Origin: the human T2T-CHM13v2.0 reference genome, Homo sapiens
Assembly: GCF_009914755.1 (NCBI RefSeq)
Contig: NC_060927.1
Length of the DNA: 64,000 nt
Direction: 5' to 3' (one strand)
Of this stretch, positions 15,821 through 29,712 are shown one piece after another. A model generated the notes under the pieces. It had not been told where the DNA came from. It made no database searches and saw only the letters and a list, made by a program, of their open reading frames with translations. Positions within the stretch are counted from its first letter, which is position 1. Every line of letters starts with the position of its first letter. The position numbers and the translations under genes are program-made.

Positions 15821-16248
15821 TGATAAAAGAAAAACTTCAGCGGAATTAAATTTAAAAGAGTTTGAGCAATGAACGATTTGCGAATTGGGCAGCCCCCAGA
15901 ATCACAACAGATTCACAGAGACTCCAGGGGTGCCTCATGGTCAGAATAAATTTATAGACAAAAAAGGTAAAGTGACGTACAGGAATCAGAAGTGAGGTAC
16001 TGAAACAGTGAGATTGGTTACAGCTCAGAGTTTGCCTTATTTGAATGGAGTTTGAACATTCAGCAGTCTATGAGTGGTTGAAGTATGGTCACTGGGATTG
16101 GCCAACACTCAGCTATTGTTTCAGGTGCATACTACTAAGTTAGGTTTTCAATTTTGTCTGACTATTAAGCTAGGTTACAGTTCATCCACAAGGACTCAAA
16201 CATAGAAATACAGAGTCCTTCTAAGGCCACATTTAGTTTGCTTTAACA
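15821..16248 (-). mobile_element. 3' LTR (MER57A-like)
   Basis: Minus strand begins TGTTAAAGCAAACTAAAT and is preceded by PPT ccaaaaggggggaat (plus 16249-16263). Confidence 0.9.
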
Positions 16249-16625
16249 ATTCCCCCCTTTTGGTCATTTTCTCAATTTTGAGAGATTGACCAAAACCTCA
16301 TTAATTGATAACTACTATCACTATTGTAAATGTACTTACATGGTTTTGAAACCCACTGGGAAACAGAAGAGCAGTGGGTTTTCCAAGGAAAGAATAAAGA
16401 CTGAGTAGAAGCTACCTCCCTATGCTGGAACATCCTGTTTACAGGACAAAAACAAAACCTGATCTGTTCTAGGATCTATGTTTCTTTAAAGCCTTAGTTT
16501 GATTATGTCACATTTAACACGAGTGACTTCATTTTAGTTTGGTTTCGTTTGTCGGGGCCTAGTGCATGAGCTCAGTGCAAAATAATGGCCTCTCATAATT
16601 TTGTTTAGAAAAATTCCCCCTTTTG

Positions 16626-16946
<321 letters not shown>

Positions 16947-17960
16947 TTAGGTGAGAGTGTAACCAAAACTTAGGGCCTTAGCACCACTCTCAGTTACCGT
17001 CATTTTGGGTTTCCAGTCCCAGCATGTCATTCATAGGGTACAATGTCCTCATGGTCGCACATTTCTTTCAGTTTTTGTCATTCCACTTGAAGAGAGACTA
17101 CTTGACGTTCTAGAGATGGCTGCATGCAAACATTTAAAACCTTTTAGAGAACAGAGAGCACTAAGGAGGCTATTGTTATGACTATCGGGAGGATAATACC
17201 AAGAGTTTGGAGTATGCTCCTTACCCAGGGTCCCCATAAACCAAACCACATAAAGTTAAATAGATTAAAGAATGAGCTAGATAAAGAGTCTATTCACTTG
17301 ACTGAGTGGTCTTTTCATTAATCCCATAAAACTGAATTTTTATAATCTACATTTGATGTATTTCTCCATAGGCCACAAGTGTCAGCAGCTGCACATGTAC
17401 TTTTCTGTTTAGCCAATTCTATTATTTAGCATAACTTTCACATAAGAATTTAAAGTCTGTTATGTATGATGGCCTTTAAAGTAGAATTTGCTGTGGAGGC
17501 TATTATGAAGGAGACATTTCTAATTATTGCCTCTTTCATCCTAAATCCTGGGAAAAGGGCCTAACAAATGATGTCCTTCTAGACGAGTGAAGGCCTCCTG
17601 GCAATATTCTCTTTAATCCATGATGTGGGTTAAGAGGTGTTTTGACTGATTATGAGGCAACGTATGTACCACTAAGGTTTCTCACCTACATTGGGCCTTC
17701 ATCTTTTATCTATTAAAGTATAAAGTTATTCATGTATAAGGCTGGCTGCAAAATCATTCACAAATAAAACTATACCCTATAAGTGTACATAATAGACCCC
17801 TTTTTCATTTCTATTGTTCATAGAGGCATAAACAGAGAAAAAATATTCAAGGATAAGAATCTCATGATAGCAGAAGTCTTGATCCGTTCTTGTGGGGAAA
17901 AGCTGTTCACAACAAGGATGCCATCTCCTTCTGGGGAGAAACTTTCCTGGTTAGTTTTAC

Positions 17961-18119
17961 CTTAAGGGTTCCAATAGGTGTACAGTTCCAGGAGTGTGGA
18001 GGGACCTTTCTCAGCTGTGAGATTATGAACCCAATGTTCAAGGCTCCAAAGTTTTGCTGTGGTGTGGATGGTAAGGACAGTCTTTCTCTGATGTTCTCAG
18101 AAGATCCAATCTTTGGGTT
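17961..18119 (-). ncRNA. Candidate 159-nt exon within the provirus internal region
   Basis: Minus-strand acceptor ccctttacaatctAG (AG = 18121/18120); donor AAG|GTAAAA after 17961. Confidence 0.5.
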
Positions 18120-21100
18120 CTAGATTGTAAAGGGATTGTTATCAGTGAACCATAAAAAGCTTTATTTACCTGGTGAAAATACACTATAGCATAATAATCT
18201 ACTGTTATAACAACAGCCCTCTTGCATGGGAAAGCTTTTATACAACCAGAAAACATGCACTGAAAATGACAATTGAATGAAATCCCTTTATAAATGTTTA
18301 AATGGACCATCAGGTACTCAAATGTACCTAAAGTTTTGACTGTCTTCCCAGGTATATGGAACCAAACATTGGTTTTAAACTATTTCCACAATGTATAAGT
18401 CACCACATCAATATATTCAGTTTGGATTATTTTATCTTTTCCATGGCGAGTCATGGAATGCAGAACCTTTAATAACAAAAGCTTTAAGGACTTGGGAAGG
18501 ATAAGGTGGCTGTCCTGGTTCTTCATGAGTCCATGCTTAACACTGAACTTATGTCCTCTCGAATGCCAGTTGCTTCTCCAATTTAGGTGCACAGCAGTGA
18601 TAACTACTGAGTTATCACAGGTAATTTGACTTAAGACCATGGAGTTCATTTAAATTGTATATTTAAACAATTTTAGTATTGGCTGGTTTAGCATGATAAT
18701 CTAGAGCTTGATTTTGAAAAATCTGTTAAAATACCAAAGGTTTAAAACATTGGATATTACAAAATAGAATCTCACGTTACCATAAGTCATTCATTTCACC
18801 AAAATGATAAGTCAAAAATTTTCTAAAGGAAGAAACATTAGTCTGATACAGAGGAGACTCAGCTCTCCAAACAAGACCCAATGAAGATAGCATGAGGCCA
18901 ACTGACTCTGTCTCCTTTCTTTCCCTTCCCCGCTTTTTCTTTTGTAGTTTACTTAAAAGGTAAATAAAAACCTTTCATTATTGTTTAATATTACATAAAA
19001 ATCATTTTTAAAAGAGAAAACCAAATTTTATGTTTCCATTAGTGTATTTTTAATGTTAAAGCTAGTTTTTAATAACATTTTATAATCTATTCAGTTTTAA
19101 TCAGTTTTACCATAAGGTAAGATTTTTATAAACCTCTTATAACCCTTTACAATTTTTTTCTCTGAGTAGAACAATGTTCTAAGAAAACTCTGTTGTACTT
19201 TTATTCCAATGTGCAATTTATGGAAAAAACTGAATAACACCATTTTAACTTTAGCCAACATGTTCACACACAGAATCTCTTACAATTAATGTTCTATAAA
19301 CCTTCCGTAACTTGTTCAAATCTTTAGCTTTATTTAACAATCCTTTAACCCTCTAACCTAGGCAAAAATTTACATTTCCATACCTTCTTATAATCCCTTA
19401 CAAATAACACATTTCATTCTCTTTACACACCTTGCATGTAAACCTATTTTTTCAGTAGTCTCAACTACATATTACAATGTTAACTCTTAGCAACTTTTAC
19501 TTTTGGTGAAAATCTTGGTAAGTATAGGATTTTAATTATGCACTAGGTGTGAAGCCTAGGACCCAGACAGAAATGCAGATAAGGTCTGACTCTTTCCAGC
19601 ATCTAACTCCACATGTCCCAGGCCTTACCTAGCTGTAAAGCAGGCAAGCTGTACAGTTAAAAGTCATAGTAGCATTTTATGAAGCATTTAGGAGGCCTAA
19701 TTACCTTTCAGTTGTATATTTCTGGCATAAATTCCATTTCATAAATTCTTTCATGACTTACACAGACCATGTATGACATGTTTAGACTTTCTGACTTGCC
19801 CTAAATTCAAACAACCAGTCATTTTACTTCGGGACAGGAATTTACCATACAACATCCTTTTTATATAAGATCTCTTTTCTTCATAACCTTCTTTGCATAG
19901 TTACTGGGTATGGTTAATTCCATATATCCCCAGACCTTATTTAGAATTTAAGGTCTCCAAAATAAATTGAACAATTTTCAAAAGTCAAAGCAGTTTATGA
20001 CCTTAAAGCATTTAAAAAACCTAATATCTGCCCTGCATAATTTAGATAAAATGTCTTTATTTTATCAATAATCTTTAAAGCTGTTTTTATTTCCCAAAGG
20101 TTACTAAAGTTACATGAACTAAAGGCATTACAGTTTTTATTTTGCTTTCAAAATACTTGATTTAAGCACTTACTTTTAAGCCAATTAATTAGAGCTCTTT
20201 TATATAAACATTACACACAACACATATATAATTACACAGACAGACAGAAGAAGATTACTACAGTAGTTGTACGATTTTTCATTTGCCACATTTTAAGTTT
20301 CTTAATTGGTTATAGGCTTTATGGTGGAGTCCTTGGAAGAGCAGGGCCAGGAAAGGGGTCTGTAGTGCCTCCTGTTTTTCCCAAGGAGTCCAGGCTGTTG
20401 GAGCTTGAATATCCACTTTTAATTAAGCTGACTTTTTAACCATAGCACTCTTTAATAAAGTCCTTTTAAAACTTCTTATTATCCAATTTTAGCCAGGCCA
20501 AACGGCTGATATTTCTGGCTTCTGAACTTTACCAAAGGTAACCTCCCAGGTGCTCAGAGAAAGGAAAATTTAAAATAGTTGCTCAGAGAAAGGAAAATTT
20601 AAAATAGTCTGTGGAAGAGAAGAGAATAGACAAGGTCATGCAGATGTTAAACCAGAAAGGACTTACTTCCCAACCAGGGACTCCAACCCCAACCACCAGT
20701 GTGAAAGGGCAGAACCTTAGCTACCGAGCTACAGCGTGGGGTAGTCTCCACTGCTCTTCCCAGAAGGAATCTAGAGTAGTTAATTTTGAACTTGCAAAGG
20801 CTTTTAACTACTCAAGATAATTTTTAGAGCTAACTATGACATAAACCCTAAAATTCCTGTTCTCTGGAAGGCGGAGACCAAGAGAAAGTACTGCCACAAG
20901 CTTACAAGGTCAAGCTCCCAAGGACATAAAACAAGATGGAGACCCCATCCAGTTTTTTTGTTTGTTTCAGGGACCTGCAGCAGTTTGTTATGGAACAGCT
21001 TGTTGGGCCATCCTGAGCACGAGTTTATGGGGTCCTAACCCCACGTTTTATCCTAAGGTACTCCGCGACACAGAAAAATGAATTCATCGCACAAAATACA

Positions 21101-22477
21101 TCAGCTTAAGACTAGCCTCAGAATTCTTCTTTTGCATAATCAAAACTTTACAGAGGAGAAAAACAGTGATTTTTACCATTCATTCAACCATTCGCACAGA
21201 AAGAGAGAAGCCAGAAATCTGACTGGTAAGAAATTCTTGCCCTTTTGCCGGCATGCCAGGCTTCTGGGTTTCCTTTCCCTGAGGGGCCCCAGTGACCCAG
21301 CTTGCTGCACCATCACACTGGGGGCCAAGCTGCATCATAAAGGAAAAATGATCTTTTTTTGTTCTGGCCATAGCAAAATACGTGTGATAAAACACAGACA
21401 TTAGCTACTCTGCTTAGCACCCAATATCAAACCAGCAACGCTTACATTTGCCCTCAGATGGGCCCCTCATCTTTAACCCAACCTCCGACTAGAAATTTCA
21501 ACACATGGTGTCTGGGTAAGATGGTCACCCTGAATAACAGAAAAGATAGGAAAGGAAAAGAAGAAAAGAGCAAGTATTGCCTATGGCAGGGTGCGGAAGG
21601 TGAAGAGCTCAGGGAGGCCAGAGCAAGACCCATTCGTTTCAGCAACACTGAAAAGTTCAGGTGGCCACTTGTTAGCAGCAAAGGGATCTTTTCCAGCAGT
21701 CCCATCAGCTCTCAAGTTTCCCCTTTTTTGGGTGGGAGGAAAAAGCTCCCCATGTCCCACGATCCTGTACATGCCTAATCCTGTCACCCACAGCCATCAG
21801 CAAAGAGTGCAAGGCAGATTATTCCAAACAGAAGAGCAGTTGACATCCCACAGTGCCAAACCCGTTCTTAGCCAAAAGGGACTTTACCAAGAGCCCTCAT
21901 TTTTAAAAGTACTTCAATGCATTATTGTTCATTTGGAATGTTCCACTGCAAGTTATCTTTAGTAAGATTTTGCCATTTCTATAAGACTTCGCTGCCTCCC
22001 AGGCCTAATGCATAAGCCAGAAGGAACTCAGTTTTCCAGAAATTAAGGATCACATTTCTACCTAAAATATTGACTTTATTCAGGTTTTCCTGAATAACTT
22101 AGCCAATGATTTTTCCTAAGTGTGCAAGAAAAATGAAACAAAGAGGCAGAACACAATAATCCCTGTGAATTTCCAAAAGCCATATTTTATAATCCCTGCA
22201 ATATTACTGCTTACTACCAGTTCCTTTATGACCCAGTCAGATATGAGAGTCCTCTAACTGGATCCAAGCCAGTTAATTCCCAGATCAAATCCATCCCTGG
22301 ACCCAGTCCAGTTTCTGTTGCAACTCCAAACCCAGTTTGGATCAGAAATTTGCTCAAAGAAACTTGGAGAGCTTAAAACACAAATCCGTGGAGCTCCAAA
22401 ATCCGAAAGGGAGCTTAGCACCCACGATCCCCAGCCACTCTGAGAGATCAATGGACACAAACGGGTCCTGCAGGTAC

Positions 22478-22546
22478 CTTGCGTGTTCACTCAGCACTCC
22501 TGGGCGTCACCAGAAGCTCCACTTCGGATCCCACTTCTGACATCAT
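22478..22546 (-). ncRNA. Candidate 69-nt exon from the provirus U5/PBS leader
   Basis: Minus-strand acceptor gtttttcttttatcAG at the LTR end (AG = 22548/22547); donor AAG|GTACCT after 22478. Confidence 0.55.
22528..22545 (-). other. Primer-binding site for tRNA-Leu(CAA)
   Basis: Minus TGATGTCAGAAGTGGGAT, 2 nt from the LTR; 17/18 complementary to the 3' end ATCCCACTTCTGACACCA of human tRNA-Leu(CAA). Confidence 0.85.
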
Positions 22547-22547
22547 C

Positions 22548-22973
22548 TGATAAAAGAAAAACTTCAGTCAAATTAAATTTAAAGGAGTTTAATTGAGCAA
22601 TGAATGATTTGTGAATCAGGCAGCCCCCAGAATCACAGCAGACCCACAGAGACTCCATGGGTAGCTTGTGGTCAGAACAAATTTATAGACAAAAAAGGTA
22701 AAGTGACGTACAGGAATCAGAAGTGAGGTACAGAAACAGTGAGATTGATTACAGCTCAGCATTTGCCTTATTTGAATGGAGTTTGAAGATTCAGCAGTCA
22801 ATGAGTGGTTAAATTATGGCTGCTGGGATTGGCCAACACTCAGCTATTATTACAGACGCATACTACTAAGTTAGGTTTTTGTCTGACTATTAAACTAGGT
22901 TACAGTTCATCCAAAAGGACTCAAATATAGAAGTACAGAGTCCTTCTCAGACCATATTTAGTTTGCTTTAACA
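22548..22973 (-). mobile_element. 5' LTR (MER57A-like)
   Basis: About 91% identical to 15821-16248 by hand alignment. On the minus strand: TATAAA (22682-22687) and ATTAAA (22588-22593). Confidence 0.9.
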
Positions 22974-23509
22974 ACTATAAATGGATTTCACCAAAAGATT
23001 GACAGTAACTAAATCTGGGCAGTAAGATACTGAGTAACTTGAAATTAGCTTTTTTTCTCTTTTTGCTTTTCCATATTTTCCAATTTTTCTGCAAAGAATG
23101 TGGATTGCTTATAAAACAAACACACACAAATAGCTAAGAATTTAAAATAAGAAAATTTAAAAGTAAAATTAGCTATCATTCATTTGAATACCTACCACGT
23201 GCCAGGAACTGCAAAGCACTTTCCACACATTCCCTCTCTCATTTAATCCTCACAATTTATGTAAGAGGCACTATTATTATTCCTACTTTAAAGATGAAGA
23301 GATGAAGCTTGGGGCCATATGATGGGGACTGACTTTGGAATGCAATTACATATGCATGCATGCATGCACAGAACCAGCTACCCTCATAAATACATAAAGA
23401 CTCAGCTGAGCTGGCTGGCTCAGATGGCAACTATGTGAGACTCAAAACCCAGATATGACCACCCACCCCAGCCCCATATGTCCTAATAATTCTCTCCTCG
23501 ATAACTAGC

Positions 23510-23953
23510 CACATGGTAGACTAAAAAGACTTGGCCACAAGGTTTTGGAGCTCCTTCTTTCAAGAGGTATATTCCCCATTCCTCAAATCTGAGTTGGCCT
23601 TGAGACTTGCTTTGACTGACAGAATAGGGCAGAAATGACATTGCATAAGTTGCAGAGGACTTGCAGATTTCACTCTCATATTCTCAGAACCCCTGTCCAA
23701 GACCACCATGGTGTAAACAAGCCTAAAATGAAATACCACATGGAGAGAGGCCTAGACATTCCTGTTATAACAAACGAACCCAGCCTCCAGCCAACAACCT
23801 TCCAAATGAATGAACCCATATAAGTGAGCCCAGACAAAATTAGCAGAAAAACTACCCAGAAAACCCATAAAATAGTGAAAAGTAATATACTGTTGTTAAT
23901 TAAGCCACTAAGTTGTGGGATTATTTGTTATAGAGCAATAGCTAACTGATACA
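23510..23953 (+). mobile_element. MLT1-family LTR
   Basis: Ends ttaagccactaagttgtggg...gcaatagctaactgataca. Confidence 0.7.
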
Positions 23954-24065
23954 ACTTCAATTTACAAAGTGAAAGAAGATCTCAAGCCATTGAGGTGCCT
24001 ATGCTGGGCCAATGCTACGAAGAAATATTAAAGTTATTCAATGTGGTACAAGCCCTTTCATTGAG

Positions 24066-24397
<332 letters not shown>

Positions 24398-27300
24398 TAG
24401 TTCACAGATCAAGCCCAAATTCCATGGTCAGAGAGCGATTATAGGTCTCACACTCCCTTCCAAATGGACCAAAGGTTTCTTCTTTTCAAAACACAACTAT
24501 GTGCAACTGAACAGATACTGATGAGACAGTGCAGAAGATTACGCAAAAAAAAGAATGTCAAGAGAGTTTTTTTCTATATAAAAGCAAAGAATTGTTTGCA
24601 TAGGAAAACGTGTGCTGAAACCAATTAATTTTTTTCCTTTGCTTTTAAAAACACATTAGGATTTTCTTCCAAGCTTTACTGACTCATAAAACATATTAAC
24701 TGTGGCAGGCTGAGTTTCAATTAAAGACAGAAGGCAAGGGTCATTTACCTACAACTAAATGCTTCTTCAATAATAATAGACTCGTGAGCAACGGAACTTG
24801 CTGCAAGGAGAATATGACAATTTGTTCCCGTAGCTGTCACTTTTATTCAGACTCAAATGGCTCCACACTAGAAAATCATATTAGCTCAAAGCATGATATG
24901 GAACCCACTATACGAAGAGATGTTTCTTGCATATAGGTCATTCCTTAACAACATTCGCAACCACAATGGCAGGGGGAAAAAATACGCTAGCTTCTTGACA
25001 GAATGACTTAGCATATTTTAGTTTTATAAAAACCAGAATATTATCACAGATTAATCAAATTATTAAATTAAAATTATAGTCTACTTTTTAAAGCTTGTTA
25101 TTACTCTCGGAAAGGAAGAATGCAAACAATAATAAAGCCATCAGACTCACTGGTATAAAGCTATGTAACTTGTTAAAAGCAACTACACCCAAAAAATACT
25201 GTAGTGGTGTTTAGGGTTGGATGACAAGAATTCTTTTCAAGAGAAAGTATCTCACAGGAAAAATAATTCAGATGATATCTTAGGGCTCCTTCACAGCAGG
25301 TCACTTTGCATTCCCTACTCCCTTTTAAATGCTATCAACATTACACCCACTCAGCCTTTCCTTCCTCTCCATTTCTCATATTTCTTGGTCTGTTCCCTTT
25401 GTTGATTTCAATCGCTTGGCCCCTTCTAATTCCTCCTTGTCTTGAACCTTACTCCGCTCCTTTCTGCCTTACCTGATACACAAAAAGCAAAATTGTTCCT
25501 CACATAACAGTCCTGCATTTCTCCGGTGGTGGCACAAAGAAACAATTATTTCTTCAGACAGGGTTGGGTTACCTAGCAATTTCCCATGTCTTTCTTTTCT
25601 CAAAGATTTCTCTCTTTCCCTTTCTTTCTTTCTCCCAGTCTCTCTCCCTCTCTCTCTGTAAGCATCTGATCTGCGATAAAAGAATGAGGGTACAATTTGG
25701 TAGACTTAATCATAGGCAATTTTTAAACATTTCCCTAGAGTGGTACTAGACATAACTTCTAACATATACAAGTGAAAATTAAATTCAAATCAACAATTAC
25801 TGAGAGTCTCCCACCTGCTATGCCTCATGCTGGGGATAGAGGTCAACATAAGACTTGGGCTCTGCCATCAAGAAGAAAACATGGCAGAAATGGTAAAGAA
25901 ATGCAAGGAATAGCAATCACCTCATAAACACCCCTTTAGCATCACCAACTGCAAAGAAATTCTCAGGATACTGAGCCTCTGTTTCCTCATATTTTAATAT
26001 TTTAATATTAATATTAATATCATTTAACATGATATTAACAATAATACTTCACAGGATGATTGCTGTAAGAGTCAAACTAGAATGTGTGTGTGAATGTTGA
26101 TTTATTTTGTTTTTGCAACTTCCTATGAATATATAATTATTTCAAAATAAAGTTTTTTTAAAAAAATTTAAACAAGAATGTGATTGAACGTATCTTGCAA
26201 CTGTGTAATTCAATTTCAATGGTATTCAATCATCATTTATTCAGCCAGGTCCTGTGCTAGAGAGATTGGAAATAAACAGGAAATCCATGATTCCTGAAAC
26301 TAGAGCACCCAAGGGCTGAGGCAGTAGAGAGACACACGAAAAATATAATACAATGTGATATGTGTTGTACTAGATATACAGAAAATGTATCCAATCTTAG
26401 ATAAGAGATTAACTAATCCAACCAGGGTATGGAGGGAGGGAAAGAAGGAAAGAAACATCAATGGATACTATGGAAACAGAGTGGGTAATAACATGAGTAA
26501 TCATCTCTCATTAAGGCCCTTTATGTACTAGTCACTATATTAGGCACTTTGCAGATAATATTCTCATAAACAAAGACAAGATGGAGGGTCCCCCTTCTTG
26601 AAAACATCCCACTCCATTAGTTTACAGAGTTTGGCCTTGGTGACTGCCAGGTCTAATGGCCTCAGGAGACTGACAGTCAACTACCCAAATGGAAAGAAAA
26701 AAGCACTGAACCAAAAGTGAAAAGTGATAGGATGAGAAATCGTGCTCTGCTACTATGTGGCTCTAGGAATGTCCCTTAGCCCTCTGGTTCTTAGATTCCT
26801 CATCTGCAAAATGGGGATTTAATACCAGCTGACCATGCAAGGTTGTTGGGATAACGGGTGTGGAAAAGGCTTTGAAATCTGTCCAGTGTCTTCAGGGTAA
26901 GAGCCAGGCTGGAAATGTACCTGCCTACAGGGGCCAGGGAGGTAACAAAACTGAGCAAAGCAGGCCTATGGGAACTCTGCCAATTGTATCAGTTAGCTAT
27001 TCTTGCATAACAAATCATCCCACAACTTAGTGGCTTACATTAACAATGTATATTACTTTTCACTATTTTGTGGGTTTTCTCAGCAGTTTTTCTGCTGGTT
27101 TTGCCTGGGCTCACTCATATGGTCCCATTGATTTGAAAGATTGCCTGGGGGCTGGGCTCATTTGGGATAGCAGGGCCGCTACTACTTGTTGCTAATGTTG
27201 AATGTTGCCATGTAGGAAATTGGGCTCCTTGTTGCCAGCCTATTTTTCTTGAAAAGTCAAAAGATTTGTACGTGTGAGTGAATTTATATGTGTGTATAAA

Positions 27301-27529
27301 TCTTTGATTTTGAAATATTAACTAATTTTTTTAAATGGAAAACATCATGTGACTCTACAAAACATATCTATGGACTAGGAGATTTGGGGCTTGGGCCATC
27401 AATTAGTAACCTCCAAGTAATGTTTCCAGCTGGTCCTTACTTTTCTGTCCATTCTATTAGGTTTTCCTCAATCACAGGGAGCCATATCAGGCTCATTTGG
27501 GCTCTCTTCCTTAGTCCTGGTCCTTTTGG

Positions 27530-27795
27530 ACAGTAGTTCTCAAAGTGAGGTTCCCCACACCAGTAGCATCAGCATCACCTCTGAATTTGTTAGAAATGCA
27601 CATTATTGAGCCCCACCCCAGACCTACTGATTCTTATACTCTGTGGATGAAACTCAGGTATCGGGAAGACTTCACACTGGTTCTCAATCCTAGCTATGCA
27701 CTGAAATCACCTGGAGAAGTTTATAAAATATCAATGCCAAGGTACCAGCCACAGAGATTAAGATTTAAATGGTCTGGGATGCAGCCTGGACTTTA
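27530..27795. mobile_element. MER5-family fragments
   Basis: cagtagttctcaaagtg...ttgttagaaatgca; ggttctcaatcctagct...aatcacctggaga. Confidence 0.65.
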
Positions 27796-28189
27796 GGATT
27801 TTTCTTCGTTTTCTTATTATTATTTTTTTTAGTCAGTCTCTTGCTTATCCAGCCTTTAGAATTTTTAAATGACTCTAATTTGCAGCCATGGGACTTCACT
27901 TGGACCTTGAAACTAGGGGAAAAAAGAAGATGGTTGAGACTCTACCTATCTCTGGGGAAAAACACTGGGGAATTAGAACATTAGGAAATAAACTCACTTT
28001 TTTTCTCTATTCATTTGTAACGGAGGCTTCCCCTAGGTCTTCCTTCCTTGAACTTCAAATATACCAGTATTTTGGTCATCCCCACAAAGCACAGTGCACA
28101 GGAATGAATGTAATTCAATGCTTTTCAGAACTTGTCTTTTGGAAGCCCTCTCCCCCTCCCCCTCCCTCTCTTCTCTCTCCCTCTCCCTC

Positions 28190-28465
28190 TCGAGTCTCAT
28201 TCTGTAACCCAGACTATAGTTCAGTGGTGTGATCATAGCTCACTGTAACCTCAAACTCCTGGAGAGAAGGATCCTCCTTCCTCAGCCTCCTGAGTAGCTG
28301 GGACTATATGCACACACCACTGTGCCTGATTAAATTTTTATTTTTTGTAGAGATGGGGTCTTGCTATATTGCACAGGTTGGTCTCAAACTCCTGGCCTCA
28401 AGTCATCATCCCACCTCAGACTCTCAAGTTGTTAGGATTACAGGCATGAGACACCATGCCTGGCT
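28190..28465 (-). mobile_element. AluJ with a CT-rich tail
   Basis: Diverged dimer. Confidence 0.85.
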
Positions 28466-28749
28466 GAAGTTTATTTTCTAATTTTAAAGAAATGTTGTTG
28501 GGAGAGGGAAGGAGAAAAAGAGAGCACGATGGGTAGAATGTGAATATATAAGAAAAGGGAGGGCCACATTCTGAACAAAAGAAACAACTTGAGCAAAGCC
28601 TGGAGGTGAATTCTGCAAGGGGTATTTAGAGAGTGAGGAGACCATCTTAGCTGGGGCAGAAGATATGTGTTGAGAAATGGAAGTAAATAAACTCAGATAG
28701 GTGGAATAAGAGTCTTACTTTAAACAGCCTTGAAGAAGACAACAGAGAG

Positions 28750-29301
28750 TATGTTAGAGTTCTCCAGAGAAACAGAACCAATAAAATGGAGATATATCTA
28801 TACATGAATGGGCTCATGTAATTATAGAGGCTGCCAATTTCTCTCTCTCTCTTTTATTTTTTAATATAGATGGAGTCTCACTATGTTGCCTAGGCTGGTC
28901 TCGAACTCCTGGCCTCAAGCGATCCTCCCACCTTTCACTCCCAAGGTGCTAGGATTACAGGCATGAGTCTGGCTGGCTGACAATTTCTAAGATCTGCAAG
29001 GTAAACTGGCAAGCTGGAGACCCAGGTGAGCCCTTGCAAAAAGGCAGGAAAAAGCTGATGTCCCAGTTCAAAGTCAGTCAGGCAGGCAAAGTTACTCTTA
29101 GCCTTTGTGTTCTACTCAGGCCTTCAACTGGTTTTATGAGGCCCACCCACATGAAAAGAGCAACATGCTTTACTCAGTCTACCAATTTAAATGCTAATAT
29201 CATCTGAAAAATACCTTCACAAAAACACCCAGAATAATGTTTGACCAAATATCTGGGTAACCATGGCCTAGTCAATTTGACACACAAAATTTATCATCAC
29301 A
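28750..29301. mobile_element. MLT2 (ERVL) LTR with an Alu monomer inserted (~28850-28978)
   Basis: ttagagttctccagagaaacagaaccaata ... gacacacaaaatttatcatcaca. Confidence 0.75.
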
Positions 29302-29342
29302 GGAAATATGGACTTATTATCTGTGGACTAGCATTTCCCAAA

Positions 29343-29712
29343 TGCTATGATTCAAATGTCCCCTCCAAAAGTCATGTTGAAATTTAATTGCCATTTTGAT
29401 GAGATTAAGAGGTAGGATGATAAACAGGTGATTAGAGAATCCCTCATGAATAGATTAATGCTGTTACTACTGGATTGGGTTCCTGATAAAAAAGGATAAG
29501 TTTGGCCCAATTTTCTCTCTGTGTCTTGCAGGCTTGCTTACCATTCCCCCTTCTGCCATGGGATAATGCAACAGGAAGGCCCTCACCAGATGCCAGTGCC
29601 ATGCTCTTGGACTTTCCAGCCTCAAGAACTGTTGAGTCAAATAAATTTCAATTATTTACAAGTTACCCAGTTTGTGGTATTCTGTTACAGCAACCCAAAA
29701 TAGACTAAGACA
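29343..29712 (+). mobile_element. MSTC/D-like MaLR LTR
   Basis: TGCTATG...cccctccaaaa.tcatgttgaaatttaattgcc...tagactaagaCA. Confidence 0.75.

Noticed and set aside
22523-22545. tRNA gene
   Set aside because: Only the 3'-terminal ~20 nt match; no cloverleaf or A box; adjacent to an LTR, so a PBS.
24400-25250. AT-rich, apparently unique stretch as a conserved element or exon
   Set aside because: No ORF, splice pair or motif cluster I can support; needs conservation data.
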